A DNA stretch of 61,845 nt, counting the filler, from Basidiobolus ranarum (taxonomy: Eukaryota), in assembly GCA_040143965.1 (NCBI GenBank). It is 14 parts of 14 records of this genome, joined end to end, with 100 filler letters (N's around TTAATTAATTAA, not from the genome) between each part and the next. Parts side by side here need not be neighbours in the genome. Positions count along the whole stretch, not along the records: positions 57,533 to 61,845 come from JASJQH010002017.1; 13 more parts are not named here. One strand, 5' to 3'. Of this stretch, positions 60,527 to 61,845 are shown piece after piece. The notes below the pieces were generated by a model. It was not told where the DNA came from. It was given only the letters and a program-made list of their open reading frames with translations, and ran no database searches. Position numbers and translations under genes: made by a program. How positions within the stretch are numbered: the stretch's first letter is position 1; each line of letters starts with the position of its first letter.

Positions 60527-61845
60527 TGTAAAGTATTTGGGAACCTGTTGGAAGTGGTTTGGAGAATTACAGGAATTGTTGGCTCTCACTTATTGATTTA
60601 TTGAGTAAAAAGCTGACATTTATAGTTTTTTCAAGAAGTAGATAAGCTAATGTGTAGGATGTGTTCAGGAAGGTCCCAGGAACATGTGTGCAGAGTTTGG
60701 GGCTTCTGGCACAAGTTTGCAAAATTTATATATCTGAGAACTTCTAAGTTGGAAAGAGCATTCTAAGTATATTCCAATTGTGAATAATAGATAATATCAT
60801 TGTGAAATATAAGATAACTAAGTATCAAGCTATATATGACCACATAGGTGCTTAGGCAATGCTAATTTCAACACTCTGCCTCCACTAAACAGTCATATAA
60901 ACTAATACTAATAAAGGTCTGAATATCTCAAATTTCTTTCTAGCTGATGGTTTGGTTAAGATAACAGCAATCATGTCTTCTGTAGAACAAAAGTTAAGCA
61001 ATATACTTATTCTCTATAGTCTCTCTAATGAAGTGATGCTGAATATCGATATGTCTGCTTCTATTATGAAACCTGGGATTTTAAGCCAATTTGATACAAC
61101 TTTGATTATCTTGAAATTTTGTAGTTGGTGAATTTTGAGAATCACCTAAATCTGTCAAGAGTTTTCCTCATCATGTTACTTCTTTTGTTACTTCACAGGC
61201 AGCCATGTATTCAGCTTTGGTTGCTGAAAGTGCTATGGTAGGTTATTTCTTTGAATTCCAAGAAATAGCTTCATTGCAGCAAAGAAATAAGTATCCTGTT
61301 GTAGATCTCCTGTCTTCAATATCTCTTCCCCAATTTGTATTTGAATATCCCATTGGAGCAAAGTTTGATCCAGAATACGTGTATCTTAAGCATAGATCCA
61401 CAGTACCTTTCAAATATCTGAAAATCCACTCAACTGCTATGATTTGATCAGAACCATAATTTTGAAGATATTGGCACATAACTCCCACTGAATATGCAAC
61501 ATCTGGCCATGTTTCAACCATGATGTACATCAAACCACTAACAATAGATTGATAAGGAAATATCTAGCTCTCATTTGAATCCAAAATGTCTGATTTGAGT
61601 ATTTTTTGGTCAAGTTAAGATTTGTCTCCATTAGGATAGATGCTGCATTACATTCTTGCATTTTAAACCTCTTTTATATATCTAGGATATACTGAGACTG
61701 GTTCAAAGTTATTGCTTTGGTAGCCCTATTTATCTTAATTTGGATTTCAAGATAGTATGTCAGTTCCCCAAGATTAGTCATTTTGAATTTGGCAGATAAG
61801 CTGGATTTGGTCAAACTTTTTGAGGGTTTTCTGGGTCAATAAATC
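60527..61845 (-). mobile_element. Copia 3' end: RT/RNase H, PPT (60874-60883), LTR-1 (60527-60873)
   Basis: IFRYLKGT, RRSTTGYLF, ISWNSKK. GGAGGCAGAG precedes TGTTGAAATTAGC. Same family as 35500-36539. Confidence 0.92.

Overview
This is not one locus. It is 14 unrelated contigs of about 4.3 kb (4333 down to 4313 bp, sorted by size), joined by artificial 100-nt N44-TTAATTAATTAA-N44 linkers. The DNA is AT-rich and eukaryotic, with short GT-AG introns. Gene content points to an early-diverging fungus, plausibly Zoopagomycota such as Basidiobolus (inference). Genes: a >537-codon F-box-like/ankyrin-like ORF missed by the ORF track, a secreted gamma-glutamyltranspeptidase, a Pac2-type WOPR factor, WDR91, a TALE homeobox protein, a DHHC palmitoyltransferase (3' part), a DM9-repeat protein, FKBP12, a GDSL/SGNH hydrolase, a trypsin with a GPI-like tail, Hsp70 (5' part, with HSE), CDC73 (3' part), VPS53 and an LPCAT3-type MBOAT. 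Six contigs are nested, CpG-decayed transposon debris. They contain Ty1/Copia elements with two tRNA-priming modes and many copies of a CMC/CACTA-type DNA transposon. The overlapping copies reconstruct a ~5 kb element with CCCTAACA termini, a ~820-codon transposase and a divergently transcribed ~640-codon ORF of unknown function. The two ORFs are separated by ~212 bp carrying a Gcn4/AP-1-type palindrome.
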